NCBI GenBank assembly: GCA_963734545.1
Contig: CAVTHO010000007.1
Coordinates: 864,001-928,000 of the forward strand
Direction of reading: 5' to 3'
Length of the DNA: 64,000 bases
Origin: an uncultured Spirochaetota bacterium
GTDB taxonomy: Bacteria > Spirochaetota > Spirochaetia > SZUA-6 > Fen-1364
The notes below the pieces were generated by a model that worked only from the letters and a program-made list of their open reading frames with translations, was not told where the DNA came from and did not search any database. This document shows positions 46,531 through 58,166 of the stretch, in pieces. The position numbers and the translations under genes were made by a program. The number at the start of each line of letters is the position of its first letter. The stretch's first letter is position 1.

Positions 46531-48294
46531 AACGCTCAGGCGCGCAGCTCCTGATCGAGGCTTTGAAAGCGGAGAAGGTCGATATCGTTTTCGGTTTCCC
46601 CGGCGGGGTCGTCATCCCCGTCTTCGACGCACTGTACGGGGAACGGGAGCTCAGGCTCGTCCTGGCCCGTCACGAGCAGGGGGCGGTGCACGCGGCGGAC
46701 GGCTACGCGCGGTCCACGGGGCGGGTCGGCGTCTGCCTCGTCACGAGCGGGCCCGGGGCCACCAACACGGTGACGGGCCTGGCGACCGCCAACTTCGATT
46801 CCGTGCCTCTCGTCGTGCTCACCGGGCAGGTGTCGCGCAACATGATCGGCAATGACGCATTCCAGGAAGCCGACATCGTGGGGATCTCGCGCTCGGTCAC
46901 CAAGCACAACTACCTGGTGACCGACCGCAAGGACCTCGGGCGGATCACTCCGGGAAGCGTTCTACATCGCGCGCAGCGGGAGGCCGGGACCCGTGCTCGT
47001 GGATATCCCCAAGGACGTCCTCATCGAGGCCTCCTCGGAGCCGCTTCCCGACACCGTCTCCATCCGCGGATACAACCCCGTCTACAAGGGACACCCGCTG
47101 CAGATCACGCAAGGCGGCGCAGGCCCTGGCAAAGGCCAAAAAGCCGCTCTTCTACGTGGGGGGCGGTCTGAACATTTCCGGTGCCGCCGAGGTCTTCCGC
47201 AAGGTCGTGCAGGACGGTGAACGTTCCCACGGTCGCCTCCCTCATGGGCATCAGCGTCCTCCCCAGCGACCATCCGCGGTTCCTCGGGCATGCTCGGCAT
47301 GCACGGCACGTACGCCGCGAACACGGCCGTGCAGAACTGCGACCTGCTGTTCGCCGTCGGCACCCGATTCGACGACCGGGCCACGGGCGACCTCGCCAAG
47401 TTCGCCCCCCATGCGACGGTCGTGCACGTCGACATCGACCCCGCCTCGATTTCCCGCAACGTCGCGGTGGAGATTCCCATCGTCGGGGACGCGCGCACGG
47501 TTCTCGAGGACCTGCTGCCCGCACCTCGCAGCCGCCGTCGCAGGACGAATGGGTGCGCGAGACGGACGAGTGGAAGCGCGACACACCCGCTGGTGGAGAT
47601 CGAGCGGCAACGGGCGGCTCTCACCCACCGCGGTCATCCGCGCAATCGCCGCGGCCTTTCCCGGATGCGATCGTCACGACCGAGGTCGGCCAGAACCAGA
47701 TGTGGACCGCGCTGTACTACTCCTTTCAGCGAGCCGCGGTCGTTCCTCACCTCGGGCGGACTGGGCACGATGGGCTACGGCTTTCCCGCCGCCATCGGCG
47801 CGCAGCTCGGCAATCCCGGGCGCCGCGTCATCGACATCGCCGGAGACGGCTCCATCCAGATGAACATCCAGGAGCTGGCCACCGCGGTCAGCGAGGGCCT
47901 CCCCGTGATCGTCGCCATCCTGAACAACGGCTACCTCGGCATGGTCCGCCAGTGGCAGGAGGTCTTCTACAGGCAGGCGCTACTCCGGCGTGTGCCTGGA
48001 GCGGACCGTCGACTGCCCGCCGGACTGCGCGAAGCCCGAACGAGCAATTGCCCGCCCTACGTGCCCGGATTTCGTGCAAGCTCGCGCAGGCGTACGGCGC
48101 GGTGGGGATCCGCGTCAGCCGTCCCGCGGAGATCGAGCCGGCGCTCGGGGAGGCGCGTCAGATCCACCGACCGGCCGATCTTCCTCGATTTCCAGATCGA
48201 GCGGGAAGCCAACGTGTGGCCCATGGTGCCGGCGGGCGCCGGCATCGACGAGATGATGAACACGGACGAACGGGAAGACAGGGGGCTGGCATGA
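46527..48294 (+). CDS. ilvB: Acetolactate synthase large subunit (several frameshifts)
   Basis: RHEQGA; TSGPGATN; LGMHG; [11 protein letters not shown]; GDGSIQMN; LGMVRQWQ. Confidence 0.95.
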
Positions 48295-48814
48295 CACACA
48301 TCATCTCCCTGCTCGTGGAGAACCAGCAGGGGGTCCTGGCCCGGATCTCAGGGCTCTTCTCGGGCCGCGGCTACAACCTGGAGAGCATCACCGCGGGAGT
48401 CGACCACCGATCCCACGGTCTCGCGCATCACCCTGGCCTGCACCGGAGACGACGCGGTGGTGGAGCAGATCAAGAAGCAGCTCAACCGGCTGATCGACGT
48501 GATCAAGGTCACCGAGCTCACGGACGTGCCCGCGCTGCACCGGGAGCTGATGCTCGTCAAGGTGAGCGCGCAAGGGCCGGCAGCGGGGGGAGATCTTCCA
48601 GGTGGCGGACGTGTTCAAGGCCCAGGTCATGGACGTCGGCCACGACACGCATGACCGTGGAGCTCGCCGGGCTCACCGGAGAAGATCGACGATTTCGTCT
48701 GCGCTGCTCCAGCCCGTACGGGATCGTGGAGATCGCGCGCAGCGGGGTCGTGTCGATGGAGCGGAGCAGGAAGAAGCGCACGCGGCGGCCGAACGGACGG
48801 AGCCGACAAGATAA
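48291..48814 (+). CDS. ilvN: Acetolactate synthase small subunit (frameshifted)
   Basis: [25 protein letters not shown]; [16 protein letters not shown]; RELMLVKV; EIARSG. Confidence 0.92.
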
Positions 48815-48824
48815 GGAGGATCTC

Positions 48825-50377
<1,553 letters not shown>

Positions 50378-50407
50378 AGAGGCGCAGGGGAAAGCGCGAG
50401 GTGCGAT

Positions 50408-52010
50408 ATGAGCGGAAAAAGAATCACAATCTACGACACGACACTGCGGGACGGCATGCAGGGCCAGGGCATCAGCTACACGCTGGAAGACAAGGTCCAG
50501 ATCGCGCTGGCCATGGACGAGTTCGGCATCGACTACATCGAGGGCGGCTTTCCACTGTCCAACCGCAAGGAGGCCGAGTTCTTCCAGCGTATGCGGAAGG
50601 AGAACCTGCGCCACGCGAAGGTCGTCGCCTTCGGCTCCACCGGAAACCGCAGGGGAAGGCTGCCTCCGATCCCCAGATCGCCGCCCTGCTGCATGCCGAG
50701 ACCCCCACGGTGATCGTGGTGGGAAAGACCTGGAAGGCTCACGTGCGGCGACGTCCTGCAGACCACGGAGGAGGAGAACCTCGCGCATGATCGCGGACTC
50801 CCTGTCGCGTCCTGAAGAAGGCGGGGCGGGAGGTCTTCTTCGATCTCGAGCATTTCTTCGACGGGTACAAGGACGACCCCGCGTATGCGCGCGCCGTGCT
50901 GAAGACCGGCGCACGAGGCGGGGGCGGACTGCCTGGTGCTGTGCGACACCAACGGCGGGACGCTGCCCGTCCGAGGTGGCGCGCATCATGGGCGAGCTGC
51001 CGCCTTGCCGAGCTGGGGCCGATCGGCGTCCATTTTCACGACGACACGGGCAACGCGGTGGCAAACTGCTCTCGCCGCCTTCGAGCACGGCGCCGTCGCA
51101 CGTGCAGGGGACCATCAATGGCTGGGGTGAGCGCTGCGGGAACCTGAACCTCTGCGTCCTCGTTCCCACCCTCTGCCTGAAGCTCGACCTGGAAGCGACG
51201 GCCTGCGCCAACTTGAAGCACCTCACTTCCCTCTCACGGTTCGTGGCGGAGAAGGCCAACATCATCCCCGACAAGCGTCAGCCCTACGTGGGTGAAGCCG
51301 CGTTCTCCCACAAGGCGGGCCAGCACGCGGACGTCATCAGCAAGGCGCCCGAGCTCATGGAGCACATCGACGGCGCCCTCGTGGGCAACGAGCGCCGCGT
51401 GCTGCTCTCCGAGCTTGCCGGCAAGTCCACCATGGTGAAGAAGCTGATGCGCTACGGGGATTTCGAAAAATCCTCCGAAGTGGTGTCCCGTCTCCTCGCC
51501 GAGCTCAAGGAGCTCGAGGAAAAGGGCTACGAATACGAGGCGGCGGAGGCCTCATTCGACCTCATCATCCGCCGGGCCCTCGGGCTGTACAAGCCGCTTC
51601 TGGAGCTCAGCAACTACCACCTGGAGAACTACAAGTCCGGCGACACTCCGGCCAAGACCGTGGGCAGGATCTTCGTGCGCGTCAACGGCAACGTGCTCAT
51701 GGGCGCCGCGGTGGGCGCGGGCCCCGTGGACACGCTGAACGGCGCGCTGCGCGACGCCCTGCTTCCCCTGCACCCGTTCCTGAAGAAGCTGAAGCTCACC
51801 GACTACCGCGTGCGCGTGCTCAATCCTGAGAAGGCCACCGCGGCGCGGGTGCGGGTCTTCATCACGACGTCGGACGGCGAGCAGACGTGGGACACGGTGG
51901 GGGTGGACGAGAACATCATCGAGGCATCCTGGCAGGCGCTGGTCGACGGCATGGAGTACTACTACAACAACTTCGCCGTGGAGAGCGAAACGCGACAGGC
52001 CGCGGGGTAG
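50408..52010 (+). CDS. cimA: Citramalate synthase (frameshifted)
   Basis: DTTLRDGMQGQG; VGKTW; EHFFDG; GERCGN; SELAGKS; AEASFDL; NIIEASWQAL. Confidence 0.88.
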
Positions 52011-52016
52011 AGCGAA

Positions 52017-53187
52017 ATGGCGCCTACGATCGTCTACCTTGCCGGATTTCGCCAGCACGCCGGAAAGACGGTGACCGCGCTGGGCATCATCTCGCGGCTG
52101 CGCGCGCGCATGGATCCCGCCCGCATTGCCTACCTCAAGCCGGTGGGACAGGAGCTGGCCACCCTGCCCGACGGGTCGCGCATCGACAAGGATGCACCGC
52201 TGATGAAGGAGTTTGCCGCTATTCCGGATCTGGACCTCAAGTTTGTCTCCCCCGTTCGCCTCGGGACCGGCTTCACCCAGGAGTACCTGGACTCTTCGGA
52301 TCACAGGCAGGGCACCCGGGATCTTCAGGACGAGATCATCCGCTGCCTGGACAGCCTCAGTCACAAAGACGTGATCATCGCCGAAGGCACGGGGCACCCG
52401 GGCGTCGGCGGGATAGTCGGGCTTTCGAATGCAGACGTTGCAAACCTGATGGGAGCAAGCGTGGTTTTCCTTTCCGGCGGCGGAATCGGCAAAGCCCTGG
52501 ACATGCTCGAAGTGGATCTCTCCTATTTTCTGTACAAGAAGTGCAGGGTGCGCGGCATTCTCTTCAACAAGGTGATTCCGGACAAGATCTCCTCGATGGC
52601 GCACTACATTACCGAGGACCTCCTGAACGACAAGTACGGGGCGTTCGGGGGACGCCTCCGCATCCTCGGGTTCCTGCCCGGAGATCGGGGACCTGGGCCG
52701 GCCGTCCATGCGCACCATCCTCGAGCGCTACGACAGGTCGGAGCCTCTCTGGCCGCCGGAAGGTCCCTCCTGGCAGTTTCCCTGCAACCAGACCCGGATC
52801 ATCTCCGCCGATGCGGACTCCTTGAAGGTCGAGGAGTATGTCGTGCCGCGGGACGTCGTGATCCTCGCTGCCAGCTCAAAGAGGCGCGCCCGCAAGGTGG
52901 TCGAGTTTCACCTGCGCGATCCCCAGTCACCCCTCGGAGGGCTGATCCTGACCTGCGGCAAGACCGACAACCTGGACCCCGGCGTGCGGGAAGAGATCGT
53001 GGCGGCGCGACTGCCGGCGCTCCTCGTGAAGGACGACACGGCGATTGCAGAGCAGCGCATCCTCGAAATCTATGAGAACACGAAGCTGCAGACCTATGAC
53101 GCCGGCAAGGTCGCGGAGATCGAGGAGATGTTCGAGCAGCATTTCAATACGGACCTCTTCATGGAGACGTTTCGGATCGGGGCATAA
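52017..53187 (+). CDS. BioD-like P-loop / DRTGG-like protein (Pta N-terminal-like), frameshift near 52680
   Basis: QHAGKT; YLKPVGQ; EGTGHPGVG; SNADVA; GGGIGKALD; GILFNKV; GGLILT. Confidence 0.8.
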
Positions 53188-53256
53188 GGGAGTCCGCCCC
53201 GGAGCAGATCTGCATCTTTCTCTGCAATCGTGATCGTAAGGGCATTAATTTAGTTC

Positions 53257-53310
53257 TTGCATCCGGGTCGCAAAAGACGTATCATCTGCGAAAGATATAA
53301 GTTTTCGCAG
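53257..53310 (+). promoter_or_regulatory. Sigma70-like promoter followed directly by an inverted-repeat operator
   Basis: TTGCAT-N17-TATCAT, then CTGCGAAA-N9-TTTCGCAG. Confidence 0.5.
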
Positions 53311-53482
53311 TATGGAAGCCCGGGCTTGCCGGTATGATGCGAACAAAAAGTTTAATTTGCCGTGTTCCTTCCTGCCATTCACGACCCCCGGATCGGACCA
53401 AGACTTCCGCATTCGAACAAGCGGCTGCGCATAAAGCGCTTGCGTTAATCGGTAGTCATGGCGTCAAAAAGGAGAAAGTAAA

Positions 53483-53527
53483 ATGGCCCACAATGATGCA
53501 GCTCATTTTCATATCGATAGTGAATGA
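53483..53527 (+). CDS. Possible 14-aa peptide MAHNDAAHFHIDSE
   Basis: AAAAGGAG RBS 8 nt before ATG; TGA stop. Confidence 0.3.
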   Translation: MAHNDAAHFHIDSE

Positions 53528-53654
53528 ACTCATCCGCACCAGGGAATTGAGGCGAATCATCGACTCGCTGCCGGCGTGACGCGATGGACCGCGGGAGACG
53601 GTGGACCGAAACGCAAACGACCCATGGTGTTGTGAGTCGAGGTGAGGAGGCTCC

Positions 53655-53990
53655 ATGGAGAATCTTGCCATCTTCATTCGGGTAGAAACAGAAATACTGA
53701 TCCTCTCGACAGTCGCGATCATCGGCTACAAGATGCTGACTCTCACTATCACGATGCAGGGACTTTTGGACGACAAGCTCACCGGCAGTCCTTTGTGTCC
53801 GGAACGGGTCCAGCTTCTGACCCTTATCGTCGCATCTGGCATCCTGTATCTATCTCAGGTCCTGAAGCAGTCCCCGGCGGAAACTTCCAGGTTCCCGGCC
53901 ATCCCAGACTATTGGGCCTGGATCGCGGCGGCAAGCAATGCCCTGTATCTCGGGGGAAAAGCAATCAGGTTATGGAGTATGCGAAAATGA
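53655..53990 (+). CDS. Small membrane protein (about 3 TM), unknown function
   Basis: GAGGAGG RBS; PERVQLL...FPAIP...YLGGKAI. Confidence 0.75.
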   Translation: MENLAIFIRVETEILILSTVAIIGYKMLTLTITMQGLLDDKLTGSPLCPERVQLLTLIVASGILYLSQVLKQSPAETSRFPAIPDYWAWIAAASNALYLGGKAIRLWSMRK

Positions 53991-54028
53991 ATATATTCAG
54001 AGAATTCTAATAGCAAGGGAGGAAAAAA

Positions 54029-54412
54029 ATGGGTATTCAGTACGAGTTGCTGGGTGTGATATTCGGCTGGATCATCGCAGCCGGAATCGGGGGACTGTGG
54101 GCCATTGTCCTGGCGAAAATCATCACAAACCGCATCGACCTGGCAAAGCTGATTGCCGATACCAACGGCGGTGCAAGCATGTCGCGGTTCCAACTCCTCG
54201 TCTTCACGTTCGTCATTGCCACCAGCCTGTTTTTCATCACGTTCAAGAACTCTCCGCCCGCTCTGCCGGATGTCCCCGCAAATATCCTCGCCCTGCTGGG
54301 AATAAGCGCCAGCTCGTATGTCGTATCAAAGGCCATTCAAACTGGCGCCGAGGCCGCTATCGCAAGGGAGAAGATAAGGAAAGGAAAGCCGGCTGACATC
54401 GGGCGCAAGTGA
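54029..54412 (+). CDS. Small membrane protein (about 3 TM), related to the upstream gene
   Basis: GGGAGG RBS; SMSRFQLL...LPDVP...YVVSKAI. Confidence 0.8.
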   Translation: MGIQYELLGVIFGWIIAAGIGGLWAIVLAKIITNRIDLAKLIADTNGGASMSRFQLLVFTFVIATSLFFITFKNSPPALPDVPANILALLGISASSYVVSKAIQTGAEAAIAREKIRKGKPADIGRK

Positions 54413-54720
54413 TAAGGGGATGGAACCCGCTGTCTCTCAGCGAGGGAAAGAAAGACCGGTCCGTGCGGGATCGGTTTGGATTGGCCCCTAGGGTAGGAAA
54501 GCGCCAAATTCCAGCGCTGCGGATTCATGTTGTGTACATTCTGGGCGGCTATTGCCGCCCGGGCGTGCCCGTGGGGCCCGTGATGTACGCGGCGGCAGTC
54601 GGGGCACGGCATTCATTAGCGCCGAAGTCTGCCTTCGTGTTGCCCGACGCCGGAGCGGCAGGGGGTCATGCTTCCGGCGAGGGTCGATCCAAGAAGCGCG
54701 GTGCGACGGTCTTCAACCAA

Positions 54721-54812
54721 CGGAAGCGTCGTTCCACCTGATGATCCGCCGGGCCCTCGGGCAGTATGTACCAGTCCTGGAGCTCAGCAACAATCACATG
54801 GATAACTACTAG
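54721..54812 (+). pseudogene. Diverged internal fragment of cimA
   Basis: EASFHLMIRRALGQYVPVLELSNNHMDNY* versus cimA EASFDLIIRRALGLYKPLLELSNYHLENYK; 73/92 nt identical by hand, ungapped. Confidence 0.85.
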
Positions 54813-54870
54813 TTCGGCAGCATGCCGGCGAGAATCGTCGGCGGGCAGCACAGCCGGCGCCTCGAGGGGC

Positions 54871-55410
54871 CTAGCACGCAATGCACGCCCGTTCACCACT
54901 ACGGACCGACTCGTCCTCGGGGACCGAAGTGCTGTCGGGCGCAGGGTGCGCGGCCGACAACGCGAGCGGGACAACGCGGAAACCTTTGGCCCTCAGCAGC
55001 TCCAGGCGCAGGAGGGATGTGGGTCCTCCTGAAAGGTACCACTCACCGGTCTGAGTCCGGACAGCCTCGATCGGGCCGGGCTCAGAGCTATCCGCGCAGA
55101 ACCCGATCTTCCATGCCGCGGCAAGCCTGCGACTCATCAGTGGCAGATGCGACCGAGGCCTTCCCCGTGAATTGATTATCCCAACAATCAGATCAATCGG
55201 CACCTCTCGCGCATTGCCTGCGCCCCCATAGATCGCCTCCCGCTCAGAAGTCCTGTTGTTCCTGGGGGCAACAAGGGCCGTAATCCGACGCATCAGGGCC
55301 TTCAGCCTTGCGCGATGAAACTCCCCATTTGCTTCGAACCTGCAATACTCAGATAGAAATTCGATCTCCTGCCGTTTGGAACGGCGCTGCAATCTGGGAG
55401 GAATTGCCAT
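54871..55410 (-). CDS. Hypothetical protein, possibly a degenerate ParB/Srx-like fold
   Basis: AAAGGAG RBS; EFHRARLKA...EVPIDLIVG...PIE...YLSGG pattern without the DGHHR motif. Confidence 0.5.
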   Translation of the reverse strand: MAIPPRLQRRSKRQEIEFLSEYCRFEANGEFHRARLKALMRRITALVAPRNNRTSEREAIYGGAGNAREVPIDLIVGIINSRGRPRSHLPLMSRRLAAAWKIGFCADSSEPGPIEAVRTQTGEWYLSGGPTSLLRLELLRAKGFRVVPLALSAAHPAPDSTSVPEDESVRSGERACIAC

Positions 55411-55579
55411 GTGGTCTCCTTTCCGTGAGACCAGAATAGCCGCTATTCAGACCGCCGAATTCCCCCTGCGGACATTCTTTTGGCCTTGGAGGACATTTCG
55501 AGCTGCACATGATGCTGGACTGGCGGGAAAGGAGTGGCGGCGTGGCCCCGTGCGCGTTTTCGCCTCGCGGAGCGCTTCC

Positions 55580-56578
55580 CTAATCCTCGGCGTGCCGCCT
55601 GGTGCTGCGGGGCAGGAATCCGAAGAGCTTCTTATACGCTTCCCCGAAGTGACCAATACTTTGGAAGCCTACCCGTGCGGCAACCTCGCTCACCGAGAAG
55701 TCGCCCTGGATCAGCAGAACGTGAGCCCGACGCAGGCGTTCCGTGCGAGCGTATTCGAAGACAGGAACCCCGAAAACCGTGCGGAATGCGGTCTTGAGCG
55801 CGGTTGTGCTCGTCCCCACAGCTCGGGCAAGCTCCGCAAGTGAAGGCAGGTCGTCGAGCCTGCTGTCCACGATGTCTCGGGCTTCGTGCATCCGGCGAAT
55901 CTCCCGCGGCCTGAGCGACTGTCCGGCGTCGTGTCGCTTGTCTTTGCCGAACATTTGCGCCAACGCCAGGGCAACCGCCTCCAGTGCCTTCCCTTCGACG
56001 TAGAGCCTTTTCAGCGTTCCCTCAAATGCGCATTCTTCAATCGATTCGACACTGCGAATGAGATCAGGGGAGACTCGATGCCACAGGATCCAGGGTTCGC
56101 CGGATGGGGGTGTCGAGCGGGGCATTGGGCCAGCCTCTGGCAATCCAATATCGGTGCCGAGCTGTCTCAGCAGCTCCTGTCCGACAACAAGGCATAGGCT
56201 TCTTGCCGTGCTGCCGGGGGAGACCAGGACAGCGCCTGTGGTCAAGGGATGGAGACAGAACTCCCAGGGGTTTTCGGGCGCGAATGCGCCGCCGCCTGAG
56301 TGCACCACCGGTCCCTGGTTCGAATTGAGACAGATCACGTAGGGGTAGCCGTTCGCGCGCATGGCGACCATACATTCGTCTTTTCCGGCTCTGCATTCGT
56401 CGCTCTGGTAAAAGAGCTCGGGGGTAATACCTATGGCATGCCAATCATGGTCCCCTGCTCCATAAAGGGCCGGAGCCCTCACGCGGCGCTCGTATGAGTT
56501 CTCCTTCGATCGCGGGAAGACTACCTCCCCCGCAATTGCTCTGGCCCGTTGGTTGAGACTGGAATACTCGCGGCTCAT
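55580..56578 (-). CDS. AraC-family regulator (PchR-like)
   Basis: LYVEGKALE; PSLAELARAVG; LKTAFRTVFG; VSEVAARVGF; YKKLFG; start uncertain. Confidence 0.88.
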   Translation of the reverse strand: MSREYSSLNQRARAIAGEVVFPRSKENSYERRVRAPALYGAGDHDWHAIGITPELFYQSDECRAGKDECMVAMRANGYPYVICLNSNQGPVVHSGGGAFAPENPWEFCLHPLTTGAVLVSPGSTARSLCLVVGQELLRQLGTDIGLPEAGPMPRSTPPSGEPWILWHRVSPDLIRSVESIEECAFEGTLKRLYVEGKALEAVALALAQMFGKDKRHDAGQSLRPREIRRMHEARDIVDSRLDDLPSLAELARAVGTSTTALKTAFRTVFGVPVFEYARTERLRRAHVLLIQGDFSVSEVAARVGFQSIGHFGEAYKKLFGFLPRSTRRHAED

Positions 56579-56676
56579 GATCGCTCTGCCTTTCCCATCA
56601 CGGCAGCCACAGACGAAAACCAGATGCGTCATGAATATAAACATGGGAAGGGGGGGAGCGGAGATTATTTGACAGG

Positions 56677-56701
56677 AAAAAAAGGCGGCATCCCTGCCGC
56701 C
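56677..56701 (-). terminator. Intrinsic terminator after the tRNA pair
   Basis: Minus strand GGCGGCA-ggga-TGCCGCC-T7. Confidence 0.8.
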
Positions 56702-56704
56702 GAT

Positions 56705-56776
56705 TAGCCCCTAGGGGAATCGAACCCCTCTTTTAAGATTGAGAATCTCATGTCCTAACCGATAGACGAAGGGGCC
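56705..56776 (-). tRNA. tRNA-Glu(CTC)
   Basis: GGCCCCTTCGTCTATCGGTTAGGAC...; anticodon loop TTCTCAA; GTTCGATTC. Confidence 0.95.
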
Positions 56777-56795
56777 ACTTTCTCCGCTCTGCCTC

Positions 56796-56866
56796 TTTCC
56801 CGGGGAGGATTCGAACCCCCACAAAAAGATCCAGAGTCTTTTGTGCTACCGTTACACTACCGGGAA
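56796..56866 (-). tRNA. tRNA-Gln(CTG)
   Basis: TTCCCGGTAGTGTAACGGTAGCAC...; anticodon loop CTCTGGA; GTTCGAATC. Confidence 0.95.
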
Positions 56867-56880
56867 TCGTGTACGGCTGA

Positions 56881-56909
56881 TATGTAATGGAGCAGGGCCA
56901 ATTTGTCAA
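56881..56909 (-). promoter_or_regulatory. Sigma70 promoter of tRNA-Gln/tRNA-Glu
   Basis: TTGACA-N17-TACATA. Confidence 0.6.
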
Positions 56910-56993
56910 GTAGCGCGGCATGACCGGCCGCCCTGCACGCTGCTGCGCGCCTCTGCGCGCCGCTCGGAGCGGCGCTGGTGACGAGTTGCAGGC

Positions 56994-58163
56994 TCAACCC
57001 GGGAGCGGAATGGCGATCCGAAACCTCGTTCCCTGGTCTTTCAGGCTCGAAAAAGTGAGGGACCCTTCATGGGCTTCCACGATGCTCTTGACGATGGACA
57101 TTCCCAGCCCTGTTCCTCCCTCCCGGGAAGAAGAATAGAATGGCTCGAAGATCCGGTTCTGGACTTCCTCGTCCATCCCCTCCCCCGTGTCGGAGACCTC
57201 GAACACGAGACTTGCGTCCTCGCGCTTGACCGAAAGCGTGAATGAGCCTCCGCGGGGCATCGCCTTTCTCGAATTGTCCGTGAGGTTGAGCAGCGCCCGG
57301 AGCATGCGGTCGAAATCGAGGATCACGGGCCCGCGGAACGCGATGTCGACCTTTGTCTCTATCTTCCGCGAGGCGAACCGCTCGGCTTCGATCTCCATCA
57401 CACGGCCCACGAGATCTCCGAGGTCCACGATGGACATGTTCAGGCTGATCTCGCCGCGGGAGAAATCCAGCAGCTCGCCGCTGATCCTGTTGAGTCTGTC
57501 CGCCTCGGCGAGGATCCGCCGCACATTGCGCGTCACCACCTCCGCGTCACCTGCGTGCTGGAGGATCATTTCCGCAAACCCCCGCAGGATCGAGATGGGA
57601 TTGCGGATGTCATGGAGGATCAGCGTGGAGAACCTGCCGAGGACGGACAGCCGCTCCGCGCGAAGCAGGCGGCTCTGCGTGTTCTTCAATTGCCGATTGG
57701 TCTTCACGAGCTCGCGGTTTCTCTTCCGGAGGCTCTCGACGAACTTGTCATTGGAGACGCGCACCATGGAGGAGACGGAGCGCATGACGGAGAGGGCCAC
57801 GGATGCGTTCTCCGTGATGATGCGGTGAAAATCCTGGCGGCCGATGGACAACACGCGCACGGCATTGCGCGCGATCACCGTCGCGCTGCGGGGCAGCTCG
57901 TCGATCAGCGCCATCTCCCCGAACAGGTGCCCCGGACCGTGCACCGCAAGGAGGTCCGCCTCCGGATCGCCCCAGTCTTTCCAGACCTCCACGGTGCCGT
58001 CGAGGATGATGAAGAAGCGATCCGCCGGCGAGCCCTCGCTGCAGATCATGTCCCGCGCGGAAAAGTGCTCCTCCCGGCAGACAGCGGCAACCTTCGCCAG
58101 CTCATCTTCCGAGAGACTGCGGAAAAAGTAGAGGTCGCGCAGCAGCCCGAGGGTGTCTTCCAT
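56994..58163 (-). CDS. Soluble cNMP-binding histidine kinase
   Basis: FGEMALIDELPRSATV (cNMP); HDIRNP H-box; DTGEGM; GTGLGM. Confidence 0.9.
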   Translation of the reverse strand: MEDTLGLLRDLYFFRSLSEDELAKVAAVCREEHFSARDMICSEGSPADRFFIILDGTVEVWKDWGDPEADLLAVHGPGHLFGEMALIDELPRSATVIARNAVRVLSIGRQDFHRIITENASVALSVMRSVSSMVRVSNDKFVESLRKRNRELVKTNRQLKNTQSRLLRAERLSVLGRFSTLILHDIRNPISILRGFAEMILQHAGDAEVVTRNVRRILAEADRLNRISGELLDFSRGEISLNMSIVDLGDLVGRVMEIEAERFASRKIETKVDIAFRGPVILDFDRMLRALLNLTDNSRKAMPRGGSFTLSVKREDASLVFEVSDTGEGMDEEVQNRIFEPFYSSSREGGTGLGMSIVKSIVEAHEGSLTFSSLKDQGTRFRIAIPLPG

Positions 58164-58166
58164 GCC

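Larger units (their letters stand above)
54479..56716. mobile_element. Decayed tRNA-Glu(CTC)-targeted island bounded by att-like direct repeats
   Basis: GATTGGCCCCTAGGG (54479) versus GATTAGCCCCTAGGG (56702), 14/15 identical; no integrase visible. Confidence 0.5.

Noticed and set aside
53581-53650. c-di-GMP-I riboswitch before the membrane protein pair
   Set aside because: GAAA and GCAAA words are present, but I could not build the P1/P2 architecture
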